Assembly: GCA_964016885.1 (NCBI GenBank)
Contig: OZ024741.1
Span: 257,672,001-257,736,000, forward strand
Source of the DNA: Eledone cirrhosa
Taxonomy: Eukaryota
Length of the DNA stretch: 64,000 bases
Direction of reading: 5' to 3'
Made by a program: the position numbers and the translations under genes
In this document: one piece after another, positions 45,001 through 57,837 of the stretch
Numbering within the stretch: the first letter of the stretch is position 1
Layout of the letters: each line of letters opens with the position of its first letter
Notes under the pieces: generated by a model
What the model saw: the letters and a program-made list of their open reading frames with translations, nothing else
Told to the model about the DNA's origin: nothing
The model's database searches: none

Positions 45001-48000
45001 TCTACCTTGCCTCTGACAACACCATCCTCTACCCCACCAAGGAAGTCTACTTTGCCTATGTCAACAACATCCTCTACCCCACCGAGGAACTCTAACTTGC
45101 CTCTGATGACATCATCCTCTACCCCACCGAAGAAGTCTACCTTGCCTCTTTTAAACCCATCCTCTACCCCGCCATGGAAGTCTACTTTGCCTCTCACAAC
45201 ACCATCCTCTACCCACCGAGGAATCTACCTTGCCTCTGACAACACCATCCTCTACCCCACCGAGGAAGTCTAACTTGCCTCTGGTGACACCATCCTCTAC
45301 CCCACCGAGGAAGTCTACCTTGCCTCTGTCAACACCTTCCTCTACCCCACGGAGGAAGTCTAGCTTGCCTCTCTCATCATCATCCTCTACCCCACCGAGG
45401 AAGTCTAACTTGCCTCTTGTGATACCATTCTCTACCCCACCGAGGAAGTTTACCTTGCCACTGGTGACACCATCCTCTACCCCAACTAGGAAGTCTACCT
45501 TGCTTCTGTCAACACCATCCTCTACCCCACCGAGGAAGTCTACCTTGCCTCTGATGACACCATCCTCTACCCCACCGAGGAAGTCTACCTTGCCTCTGGT
45601 GACACCACCCTCTACCCCACCGAGGAAGTCTAGCTTGCCTCTGATGACACCATCCTCTACCCCATGAGGAAGTCTACCTTGCCTCTGTCAACACTATCCT
45701 CTACCAGACCGAGGAAGTCTACCTTGCCTCTGATGACACCATCCTCTACCCCACCGAGGAAGTCTACCTTGCCTCTCTTAACACCATCCTCTACACCACC
45801 AAGGAAGTCTACCTTGCTTCTTTCAACACCATCCTCTACCCCATCGAGGAAGTCTACCTTGCCTCTGGTGAAACCATCCTCTACCCAACCAATGAAGTCT
45901 ACCTTGCTTCTGTCAACACCATCATCTACCCCACCTATGAAGTCTACCTTGCCTCTGACAACACCATCCTCTACCCCACCAAGGAAGTCTACTTTGCCTA
46001 TGTCAACAACATCCTCTACCCCACCGAGGAACTCTAACTTGCCTCTGATGACATCATCCTCTACCCCACCGAAGAAGTCTACCTTGCCTCTTTTAAACCC
46101 ATCCTCTACCCCGCCATGGAAGTCTACTTTGCCTCTCACAACACCATCCTCTACCCACCGAGGAATCTACCTTTCCTCTGACAACACCATCCTCTACCCC
46201 ACCGAGGAAGTCTACATTGCCTCTGTCAACACCTACCTCTACCTCACCGAGGAAGTGTAACTTGCCTGTGATAACACCATCCTCTACCCTACCGAGGAAG
46301 CCTACCTTGCCTCTATCAACACCATCCTCTACCCCACCGACGAAGTCTACCTTGTCTCTGTCAACACCTTCCTCTATCCCACCGAGGATGTCAACCTTGC
46401 CTCTGTCAACACCATCCTCTACCCCACCGAGGAAGTCTACCTTGCCTCTGACAACACCATCCTCTACCCCACCCAGGATGTCTACCTTGCCTCTGTAACA
46501 CCATCCTCTATCCCACCCACGAAGTCTACCTTGCCTCTAACAACACCATCCTCTACCCCACCGAGGATGTCAACCTAGCCTCTGTCAACACCATCCTCTA
46601 CCCCACCGAGGAAGTCTACCTTGCCTCTGACAACACCATCCTCTACCCCACCGATGAAGTCTACCTTGCCTCTGTTAACACCATCCTCTACCCCACCGAG
46701 GAAGTCTACCTTGCCTCTAACAACACCATCCTCTACCCCACCGAGGATGTCAACCTTGCCTCTGTCAACACCATCCTCTACCCCACCGAGGAAGTCTATC
46801 TTGCCTCTGACAATACCATCCTCTACCCAACCGAGGAAGTCTACCTTGCCTCTGGTGTCACCATCCTCTACCTCAACGAGGAAGTCTACCTTGCCTCTGT
46901 CAACACCATCCTCTACCCCACCGAGGAAGTCTACCTTGCCTCTGTCAACACGATCCTCTACCTCACCGAGGTAGTCTACCTTGCCTCTGGTGACACCATT
47001 CTCTACCCCACCGAGGAAGTCTACCTTGCCTCTGGTGACACCATCCTCTACACCACCGAGGAAGTCTACCTTGCCTCTAACAACACCATCCCCTACCCCA
47101 CCGAGGAAGTCTACCTTGCTTCTGTCAACACTATCCTCTACCGCACCGAGGAAGTCTACCTTGCCTCTGATGACACCATCCTCTACACCACCGAGGAAGT
47201 CTACCTTGCCTCTGACAACACCATCCTCTACCCCACCTAGGAAGTCTACCTTGTGTCTGTCAACACCATCCTCTACCCCACCGAGGAAGTCTAACTTGCC
47301 TCTGGTGACACCATCCTCTACCCCACCGAGGAAGTCTACTTTGCCTCTGTCAACACCTTCCTCTACCCCACCGAGGAAGTCTAGCTTGCCTCTCTCATCA
47401 TCATCCTCTACCCCACCGAGGAAGTCTAACTTGCCTCTTGTGATACCATCCTCTACCCCACCGAGGAAGTCTACCTTGCCCCTGTCAACACCATCCTCTA
47501 CCCCACCGAGGAAGTTTACCTTGCCACTGGTGACACCATCCTCTACCCCAACTAGGAAGTCTACCTTGCTTCTGTCAACACCATCCTCTACCCCACCGAG
47601 GAAGTCTACCTTGCCTCTGATGACACCATCCTCTACCCCACCGAGGAAGTCTACCTTGCCTCTGGTGACACCACCCTCTACCCCACCGAGGAAGTCTAGC
47701 TTGCCTCTGATGACACCATCCTCTACCCCACTGAGGAAGTCTACCTTGCCTCTGTCAACACTATCCTCTACCAGACCGAGGAAGTCTACCTTGCCTCTGA
47801 TGACACCATCCTCTACGCCACCGAGGAAGTCTACCTTGCCTCTCTTAACACCATCCTCTACACCACCAAGGAAGTCTACCTTGCTTCTGTCAACACCATC
47901 CTCTACCCCATCGAGGAAGTCTACCTTGCCTCTGGTGAAACCATCCTCTACCCAACCAATGAAGTCTACCTTGCTTCTGTCAACACCATCATCTACCCCA

Positions 48001-49900
48001 CCTATGAAGTCTACCTTGCCTCTGACAACACCATCCTCCACCCCACCAAGGAAGTCTACTTTGCCTATGTCAACAACATCCTCTACCCCACCGAGGAACT
48101 CTAACTTGCCTCTGATGACATCATCCTCTACCCCACCGAAGAAGTCTACCTTGCCTCTTTTAAACCCATCCTCTACCCCGCCATAGAAGTCTACTTTGCC
48201 TCTCACAACACCATCCTCTACCCACCTAGGAATCTACCTTGCCTCTGTCAATACCATCCTCTACCCCACTGAGGAAGTCTATTTGCCTCTTGTGACACTA
48301 TCCTCTACTCCACCGAGGAAGTCTACCTTGCCTCTGTCAACACCATCCTCTACCCCACCGAGGAAGTCTACTTACCTCTGGTGACACTATCCTCTACCCC
48401 GCCGAGGAAGTCTACCTTGCCTCTGACAACACCATCCTCTACCCCACCGTGGAAGTCTATCATGCCTCTGACAACACCATCCTCTACCCCACCGAGGAAG
48501 TTTACCTTGCCTCTGTCAACACCATCCTCTACCCCATCGAGGAAGATTACCTTGCCTCTGGTGACACCATCCTCTAGCCCACCGAGGAATTCTACCTTGC
48601 CTCTGGTTTCACCATCCTCTACCCCACCGTGGAAGTCTACCTTGCCTCAATCAACACCATCCTCTAGCCCAGCGAGTAAATCTACCTTGCCTCTGTCAAC
48701 ACCATCCTCTATCTCACCGAGGAAGTCTACCTTGCCTCTGTCAACACGATCCTCTACCTCACCGACGAAGTCTACCTTGCCTCTGTCAACACCATCCTCT
48801 ACCCCACCGAGGAAGTCTACCTTGCCTCTGTCAACACGATCCTCTACCTCACCGACGAAGTCTACCTTGCCTCTGTCAACACCATCCTCTACCCCACCGA
48901 GGAAGTCTAGATTGCCTCTGATGACACCATCCTCTACCTCACCAAGGAAGTCTACCTTGCCTCTGATGACACCATCCCCTACCCCACCTAGTAAATCTAC
49001 CTTGCCTCTGTCAACACTATCCTCTTACCCCACCGAGGAAGTCTACCTTGCCTCTGATGACACCATACTCTACCCCATCGAGGAAGTCTACCTTGCCTCT
49101 GGTGACACCATCCTCTAGCCCACCGAGGAAGTCTACCTTGCGTCTGGTGTCACCATCCTCTACCTCACCGAGGAAGTCTACCTTGCCTCTGGGCAAACCA
49201 TCCTCTACCCCACCTATGAAATCTACCTTGCCTCTGTCAACACGATCCTCTAGCTCAACGAGGAAGTCTACCTTGCCTTTGGTGACACCTTCCTCTACCC
49301 CACCGAGGAAGTCTACCTTGCCTCTGGTGACACCATCCTCTACCCCACCAAGGAAGTCTAGCTTGCCTCTGATGACACCATCCTCTACCTCACCGAGGAA
49401 GTCTACCTTGCCTCTGACAACACCATCCTCTACCCCACCTAGGAAGTCTACCTTGCTTCTGTCAACACCATCCTCTACCTCACCGAGGAAGTCTAACTTG
49501 CCTCTGGTGACACCATCCTCTACCCCACATATGAAGTCTACCTTGCCTCTGTCAACACTATCCTCTACCCCACCGAGGAAGTCTACCTTGCCTCTGATGA
49601 CACCATCCTCTACCCCACCAAGGAAGTCTACCTTGCCTCTACTAACACCATCCTCTACATCACCGAGGAAGTCTACCTTGCCTCTCTCAAGACCATCCTC
49701 TACCCCACCGAGGAAGTCTAACTTGCCTCTGGTGACACCATCCTCTACCCCACCGAGGAAGTCTACCTTGCCTCTGTCAACACCATCCTCTACCCCACCG
49801 AGGAAGTCTACCTTGCCTCTGATGACACCATCCTCTTCCCCACTGAGGAAGTCTACCTTGCCTCTGACGACAGCATCCTCTACACCACCAAGGAAGTCTA
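1..49900. repeat. 45-bp tandem satellite array (~1,100 monomers), truncated by the left window edge
   Basis: Continuous head-to-tail 45-nt unit CCTTGCCTCTGTCAACACCATCCTCTACCCCACCGAGGAAGTCTA with point variants and occasional 1-2 nt indels. The 15-aa periodicity of every ORF in the track confirms the period. The last unit ends at ...caaggaagtcta (49900). Confidence 0.99.
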
Positions 49901-50980
49901 GCTTCTCTCCATTTCAAACATGCCAAGCCACTTGCAGACCTCAGACTCATTGCTGTGTCGTATTTCCCTGCCAGCAGCAGCAGAGAAGGAGATGATCTGT
50001 GACCTGGCTACCACGAAGGCATGATGTCCCCGCACTTCAGAAGCTAGGTGCCGCCTGCTAAGCACATTTTGGCCCTCACCAACAGATTGATTCACAGAAT
50101 TCTAGACCCTTATTTCTGAGGTCTCTTCTTTTCAGCTTGCCTGACTGTCCACAGGAAGATAGACTGTGAAATGCACCACATTGCGGTAGAAAATGTCTTC
50201 CGGAGGCCCACAGCCAAGATCATCATCAAATCTGTTGCAGCTGAATTAGGTGTGACCAGTGGCTAGGAGGGGATCAGTGATGCTGCTACACAGTTTATCA
50301 ACAACTGTCCTCCTGAGCTAGTGCTGAGTGATTCCAGATATCTCATCATAAAACATGAGATAAGGTAAAATTTCCAACTATATGTACCATGACCACTTGT
50401 ATGAGGCTTGCATTAGCTATGTCCCGTTCACCTGCACACTTACCTATCTGTCATATGGGTCTCCGAGCATGATACTCACTGCAGACAAGATCATACCGTC
50501 CTCAACTGACGTATAGCAGGGTGATCTATTAGCCCTCCCCTCTTCGCTCTTGTGGTGGACAGCGTTGCTCGGAGCATCAGCACCTCAATGGCTGATACCT
50601 GGTTGATGCTTCTATAGCATCCGTCATGATCTCCAATCAGTGGTCCCTATTCTGACAGGGATCGGCATCGAGATCAGCTGAACTATGTCGGAGGTCATGA
50701 ATATCAATTAAAACGAAAAGGGATTCGCGGGTTCCGTCTCGGACATACGATCATCACTCCACCAAGTATAGGTGACCACCAAGAAAAGTTCATTGTCCTC
50801 GTTTCACCGATCCTCCTGCATGCCATTCGCTCTACTCTCCGGTTCAGGCTACGCCAGCTCAAAACCCTGACAAGTAGACTAATCCAGATCAATGCCCACC
50901 TGGCACCCTTTCTGTTGAGGAATTGCTCTTCATCATGATGAAGCTCTTACACACCCTCCACAATGCTCCATGCTATTAAG
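49851..50980 (+). mobile_element. Decayed CRE-clade (CRE/SLACS-like) non-LTR retrotransposon, pre-RT and RT region, with stops and frameshifts
   Basis: Hand translation across frameshifts gives ASLHFKHAKPLADLRL, YFPASSSREGDDL*PG (~49961), FFSACLTVHRK, IAVENVFRRPTAK (~50180), SYGSPS, SSTDV*QGD (~50517), LFALVVDSVARSI, LNG*YLVDASI (~50596), GIEIS, FLLRNC (~50909) and KLLHTLHNAPCY (~50970). This follows the CRE RT motif order: SFPxGSxxGxDGLRP, RPIAVGxxxRRLxxK, GVQQGDPLGP, WYLDD, FLLRxC. Confidence 0.85.
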
Positions 50981-51449
50981 AACATAAAACTTGATCAACT
51001 TACCATCGGTTCTTGAACATTTTTCTCCACACTGCCGATTCCCTGAGGAATCTTCTGTAACACAATCTCCGACGGTTATATTGCATTCAGCTTTAATATA
51101 TAGAGAAACAAAGAATTTTATTTTTAAACAGACCTAAACTCTGACTTCCTAGAAACACAGTAGAGAAGGGATCTGAACTTATGATATTTATGTGTTTCTA
51201 AATGTTGTAAACGACATATGTCGAATAAAATGTGGATGTAATTTGAAACTAAATGTGAAATCATGGGTACACGGAACATGAAAATTATATAAACTCTTCA
51301 AATCTGAGTAATGAAATATGATCAAATTTTTCCCGAAGGTGCGATAAATACAAAGTATGAAAAGATTGGTGAGTCTATACCATAAGCATGACATCAATAT
51401 CTTCTTAAAATTTTGACACAGATAACTAAATCTATCCATGAACAATCTC

Positions 51450-52650
51450 TCTAAGCATGTTTATCCATGCCTTGACTTTCGTTCCATCATCAAATTCACA
51501 CAGATCAATCCTTTTAATCCAAAGTCACCTGGCCATCTGTGGCTTCGCTTGCGAAATGAATGGCTCATCTCTAAAACCCAATCGAGTGAAGACCTTGCTG
51601 AGTGAGCGTCCTAAGTGAAGCCTCTACAGCCAACCTCAAGATGTTCACAGCACTTCTTCCAGCTTCTCTTCTGGCACCTATCCATCAATTCCTTTAACTT
51701 TGATTGCTTCGTTGTTGATTTCTTCAATTTTCTCTTGTTGGGGCCCTGCGTAACTCAGCATGTTCAGTTGATTTGTCACTTTATATATGATTATATCTGG
51801 AAGGAGCTTCATTGGTAGTATGTGCTATGGAAACCTCAACTGCTTTCCTGGATCGACTTTCGTCTACAAGACAGAGACTGTATAGAAGAAACCTGTTCGT
51901 TTTCTTGACTGGCGATGAGATGAAGAAAGGTAATCGATTTATTTGGTGCACGGTAGTGTTTCTTTGTGACTCTGAAAGTAGTTAAACTTCCAACATACCT
52001 AGTCTAGGCGCCAACGGGAGAAGCCTCCAAGTGTCACTAGGCAGATATTTTTAAAATCCTCGTCCTGAACAGGGAAAGCAAGAATGTGTATGAAATAGTT
52101 AGGATTGGTAAGGCAACGTAGATTTTTCTAGACAAGGAACTGGAAACAATGGAATTTTATCTGCATGAAGTTAAGGCATGTAATCCTGTGCTACGAAGTA
52201 CTCTCCTACTTTCTGCATACCCTTTTCTGCTCTGATTAATCACCCATCTTCTACATATAGCTTACACATATTCCAATCCCGCACTGCCATTTACAATGGT
52301 TCCCTCTATCTTATTTTGACTTCAGTGTACCTGCAGCACTTGCACTGCCATCTCTTACCCATTTTCTACCTGTTCTCAACGTGGTTTCAGCAGATGTTAC
52401 CTTCAGATCAATGGAGTTACTGTACTATAAGACATCTGGTTCTTGTCACCACAAAGTCCTCTGTGAGTGGCAGTTGCAAGATGTTACTAGTCCCATACAT
52501 TACTGCATTTCAGAGGCTGTGGGAAAGTCTAACCACTTGTGGAGAATGCCACTGGTCTTCCTAATGATATTATCGGGAGTTTTATACTCCTACCTTAAAC
52601 AGAGATCCCATGCACTCCACGTCGGCTTACCTGGTCACAATATTTAGGGA
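51450..52650 (-). mobile_element. Decayed HERO-like (R2 superfamily, RLE-type) LINE, 3' portion
   Basis: Minus-strand fragments in order: KWLDFP, MYGTSNILQLP (~52500-52468), LRTGRKW (~52376), GSAGLEY, a degenerate CxxC zinc knuckle (CFPCSGRG), VDPGKQLRFP, LPDIII (~51800), LEVGCRGF (~51637-51617), GRSLSKVF and LWIKR (~51524). These match HERO-type C-terminal RLE motifs. Confidence 0.8.
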
Positions 52651-52750
52651 AAGGGTAACAAGAATAACGGACACGATAAAACATGTATTTATTCGTTTTC
52701 TAAGTCAGTTCCAATCTGATGATTTTCATTAATGCACACATGTATACAGT

Positions 52751-52885
52751 GAAGCACGTGGCTGAGTGGTTAATAAATTGGATTCGCAATCTTGAGGTTG
52801 TGAGTTTGACTCCCAGACCGGATGATGCGTTATGTCCTTGAGAGATACACTTTATTACTCGTTGCTCCTTCTACCCGAAGTTGCG
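52751..52885 (+). mobile_element. tRNA-derived SINE fragment with CORE-like domain
   Basis: Pol III A-box-like TGGCTGAGTGG (~52759) and B-box-like GAGTTTGACTCC (~52802), followed by TGTCCTTGAGAGATACACTTTA, which resembles the CORE-SINE motif TGTGnCCTTGGGCAAGnCACTT. Confidence 0.7.
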
Positions 52886-52891
52886 ACCCAT

Positions 52892-53162
<271 letters not shown>

Positions 53163-53734
53163 CATACCTTTACACTATAACGGCAGCGAAGATTCGAAAC
53201 CGAATCTGAGCTTTCTCGCCTCTGGGACAAGCCGTGGTTAGTTGTTTACACCCGGCAGAAAAAGTGAGACCACAGATAAGAGAGCACGTATTTTCACCAA
53301 CGCTGTCAATACTCCCTTCACGAAAAACCAGTCTGTCCACTAATTTCTCACATGCCTTTCCCGCCTGGCTGATTGATTACTACTACTGCTAAGACAAGAA
53401 AGTATACTAATTCACACACACGCACACATAGTAAGTTCACACTGTTTGCATTTTACACACACCATTTCTGTCTGTCATATTGTATCTTTCAGATACAATA
53501 CAAATTATATTATAATCGTATTCTGTGATACTTGTATTTACGTGACTCGAAGATCCACCAACTTATTGCACGAATATTTCATGTTATAGATTTTATCATT
53601 CAATATTCAAATTGAATATTGTTATAATAAAATAAACATTGTAACAACACAATCCTGGTATTATTCTTTGCATTGAAACCATCATACCAACAAACCCATC
53701 TATCCGTTACAACTGAATTCCACTTATTCGTTAC

Positions 53735-53963
53735 AGATTGTATTAACAATTGGAAAGACCAATGGAAACATTATTTCCTCGGTCCGATTTGATGAATGTT
53801 GATCGACTGTCGATACATGCATACGAAAATCCATACACACATACCTGCAGGCATATATACATCCATACATACGTACATGCATTCATAAATACATGTATGC
53901 ATATGCATACAAACTTACACACACACACACACACATACACACACACACACACATATATATATA
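53735..53963. repeat. Dispersed direct repeat, copy 2
   Basis: Same sequence as 52892-53110 with scattered substitutions and a shorter CA/TA tail. Confidence 0.9.
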
Positions 53964-54135
53964 TCACGGAGGCTCTATCTCAAAATTATTTTTGAAAAGC
54001 ATTAGAAATGCGCAACCGGTAAAACTTAAAACCAAAACTGAATACTAACCAATACTATTACTAATTCTCACTTATTCCTAATTAAACTATTTTTCACCGT
54101 GAACAATTTGTCAGCATTTTCTATTCCGTTTACCA

Positions 54136-54229
<94 letters not shown>
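54136..54229. repeat. (TA)n microsatellite
   Basis: Direct inspection. Confidence 0.99.
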
Positions 54230-54231
<2 letters not shown>

Positions 54232-54244
54232 TTACACATACATT

Positions 54245-55019
54245 CATGGACCAATTCAAGAAAGTTGTGCATGGGTACCTGAGACGAAAACCACAGACCC
54301 TAGAGGGAATAAATCATTCAAAAAGCCTGGCATGTAGTTCTGGCAGGTTCATAACATCCTGCTTCGAAGGATATGCAATACAGGAACAAGAAATCCCTAC
54401 TAAATATCTACTACACAAAAGAGGAGGGCCATCTGGGGATAATAAATGTAGGCTATGTAAAACAAAGATTGAAGAAGTTAGCTATATTGTTGCCAACTGT
54501 GAAAGAATGTTATCTCTTTAATACCTCCCTATCAGACACGATGTGATAGCTAGACCCACCTGGAACGCACTTAGGAAAACAAGATTAAAAACAAACAAGG
54601 AGGAATATGTTGAGATAGATCTCACTAAGCAATACTGGTGGAACTTAAAAATAAAAAAAATGTCATCAAATTAAAGCACAGCTGGCCCGATATTGATGTA
54701 CGGGACCACATATTGAAACAGGCTCTGTTGTCGAGATCAGTTTCCCACCTGATGTGAATGTTGTAAAAAAATACAGGAGAAGGAGGACATCTACAGACCA
54801 TTGATGAGGAGTTTACAGATCAAGTAACCAAGATACACCTTCAACTTGATACCTATTATTATTGGAACTACAAGTTATATACCAACCCGCTTGGGCCAAA
54901 GTATGACTGAACTTGGATTTGTGGACAAGGAGCGCAGCTCCCTAATTCATAAACTATAAATGGCCGCGATAGCAGACACCTTCAAAATTTGAAAAACATT
55001 CTTGCGATTCAAGGGATGA
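54245..55019 (+). mobile_element. Decayed RLE-type LINE 3' fragment (R4/Dong-related)
   Basis: VHGYL, FEGYAIQEQEIPTKYL, zinc knuckle CRLC..EEVSYIVANC (~54447), YLPIRHDVIA, YWWNLKI, WPDI (~54686), VEIS, EKEDIY, IPIIIG and terminal KTFLRF. This is CCHC followed by a PD-(D/E)xK endonuclease, with multiple stops and frameshifts. Confidence 0.8.
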
Positions 55020-55074
55020 CAATTTTTTTCCTTTACAACCTTGCCACCAGGATGGTGGCCGGTCAAAAATGTAC

Positions 55075-55510
55075 TCGAACATATGCATTATAGGCATCCA
55101 TCTTCATTTTCTCTTTCAGGTTTTTCTGAGACCACACACGGTCCTGAAGAGCAGAAAAGAGGAATCAGTCGGAGAGATATTTCATCGTCGAATGAACAAT
55201 GATGGTTTATCGTGTGACCGATGTAGGTAAAGTTTTCATCTACCTTCAGCTTCTTCCTGTCGACAAAGATGGAATGTTCCACATACGCAATACTTGATGC
55301 TGGTTGAAACATGACAACTGTTTTATCCAGATTTATTGTGATACCAAAGGCTTCGCATGACTGGGAAAACCTGCCGATGAAACACTGTATATCAGTGGCA
55401 ATGTGTGAGACTAAGTTGCAGACATCGGTGTAGAGGAGATCACGTACAAGATTAGAATATCTTTTGATTTAGCAGCAACACAGCATATGTTGAATATTTG
55501 TCTGTACTAC
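55075..55510 (-). mobile_element. RTE (BovB-like) LINE reverse-transcriptase fragment
   Basis: Minus strand reads LVRDLLYTDVCNLVSH (degenerate LLYADD), FSQSCEAFGITINLDKTVVMFQP, FTYIGHTI..DDEISLR and LQDRVWSQK, typical of RTE RT C-terminal domains. Confidence 0.8.
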
Positions 55511-55751
55511 CACATGGTACATACGCAACTTGGTTACATATATATGTATATACATATATGTGAGTATATATGTATCATACACACATACCACCCTCTCTAT
55601 GTATATATAAATATATATGTATATATATACTATTAATAATGAGTTCAAAACTCAGGTAGTCCGTTACAATGAAATAGCTCAAAGAAAGAAGTATTTCTGA
55701 GCCGTGTATTATGAGCCGTGTATTAACTTGTATTATGTATATATATATATA

Positions 55752-56262
<511 letters not shown>

Positions 56263-57231
56263 ATATATATTTCCGCTTGAAAATAATCCCTTTTCTTTCA
56301 GCCTTGTCTGTCACACTTCTATGTCCTGCACAAATGATTGTTCTCGGATGCCCCACACCTTCTTCATTATGGCCCTCTTGATGGCCTTCGCCCCTCAAAA
56401 CGGGTCTCCTTGGTGACTCCATGATCTTGGGTGTGTGTTGGGGGGGGGGATGTCACACGAGGCAAGATCAGGTGAATAAAAAGGATGTTCCAGTATGGCG
56501 ATGTTCTTGTTGGCCAGGAACTGCCGGATGCTCAGGGTATTGTGAGCCGGCGATCTTACGCATGCCCAAATCTTTGGTGATAATCTTCCAAACGGTGTCA
56601 CAGTTCATGCCCAGCTCTCTTGTGATCAACCAGTCTGCCGACGATCACCATGCACCACCTGCCTCAGTCATGCTTATTGAAGGCCACCCGCTCCTGGGGT
56701 GGGCTTCCATGTCCTTGCATCCCTTTAAACATTTTGTGCCACTTTCAAACCGTGAACGTGACATAATCTCACTCCGTAATCTTTTTGCTGTATTCCAAGT
56801 GCTTCTGATAGAATTTTTCCCAGCTGGACCAGAAGCTTCAGGCTGATTTGTTGATCTGTGCCCATCGCTCAACAGCCTAAAATTGAGTAGTTGTTATCAA
56901 AACACGCCAAAAAACTTTCAATGGCAGCAGAGAGCTTAGATCACAGTTATATACTCTGTATATTAGGTCACATGGTGACGCAACCCGTTAATCCCTACCC
57001 CACTCATAGCTCATTCAGCACACTAAGACCTCTTACTTTTCAGACACACTTCGTATACACACACACACACACACACACATATATATTATTTTTCATTTAT
57101 ATCAATAAGTATTTATATCTATCTATCTATCTATCTATCTTTTATTGTATGTTAACTTCCCCCTTTGTATTTGTCCCCTTCTTTTATGCCCCTGTGGCTA
57201 ATAAAGAAATATATCTATCTATCTATCTAGA

Positions 57232-57274
<43 letters not shown>

Positions 57275-57307
57275 GAGGTTCTTTTAATGAAAAAAACGAG
57301 ATGTGCT

Positions 57308-57633
57308 ACCCTCAAACACAAACTGGCGTCAAATTTGATGTACTTATTCACATGACAGTCATCAACTAACCAAATTACATTTATAAAAAACAATTTGAGC
57401 CACATATTAAAGTAAAAATGGCAATAAAAACCCTCAAACATGAACTGGCGCGAAGGTTGCTGTACTTATTCACGTGACAGCCATGAACCAACCAAATTTC
57501 ACTTATATATAAATAAACAACAATTTGAGCCACATTTTTAAAAGCAAATACAATAAGAACTTTGTAACGCGAACTGGCGCGAAATTTATTATACTTATTC
57601 ACGTGACAGACACCAACCCACCAAATTATTCTT
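57308..57633. repeat. Degenerate tandem repeat, ~2.5 copies of a ~125-bp unit
   Basis: AACTGGCG recurs at 57321, 57443 and 57572. Each is followed by TACTTATTCAC(A/G)TGACAG and ACCAAATT. Confidence 0.85.
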
Positions 57634-57837
57634 TACAAAACCAGCAATTCGAGCTACTCTTTCCACATAAAACAAAAATAAGATTCGAACACCAACCAGA
57701 TGCGAGAAAAACCACAAACCCTCCATCTCAATTCTACTTTTGAGAAGCATAAGAACTGTGAAACCAGTAAAGGAAACAAATAAATATTCTTAAAAGGACT
57801 CCAGTTGCATTTTCGATTTCTTTTCCTTATATATATA

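Noticed and set aside
1-49900. CRISPR-like pattern of a conserved part plus a variable part
   Set aside because: The variable part is only ~6 nt and is drawn from a small set of related, recurring variants, not unique spacers. There are no cas genes and the context is eukaryotic.
6-49995. Long Ser/Thr/Pro-rich ORFs resembling a giant mucin, and the antisense GVDRGKVDFLGGVED ORFs
   Set aside because: They arise from a 45-bp unit lacking stops in several frames. Frames are broken by indels and stops every few hundred bases to ~2 kb, most starts are TTG/GTG, and there is no signal peptide or unique domain.
52751-52820. Possible tRNA gene
   Set aside because: A and B boxes are present, but I could not fold a cloverleaf and it continues into a CORE-like SINE body.
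53178-53200. Small hairpin AGATTCG-AAAC-CGAATCT containing CGAAAC
   Set aside because: Only a 7-bp stem, with no hammerhead core in the right order. Compatible with chance.
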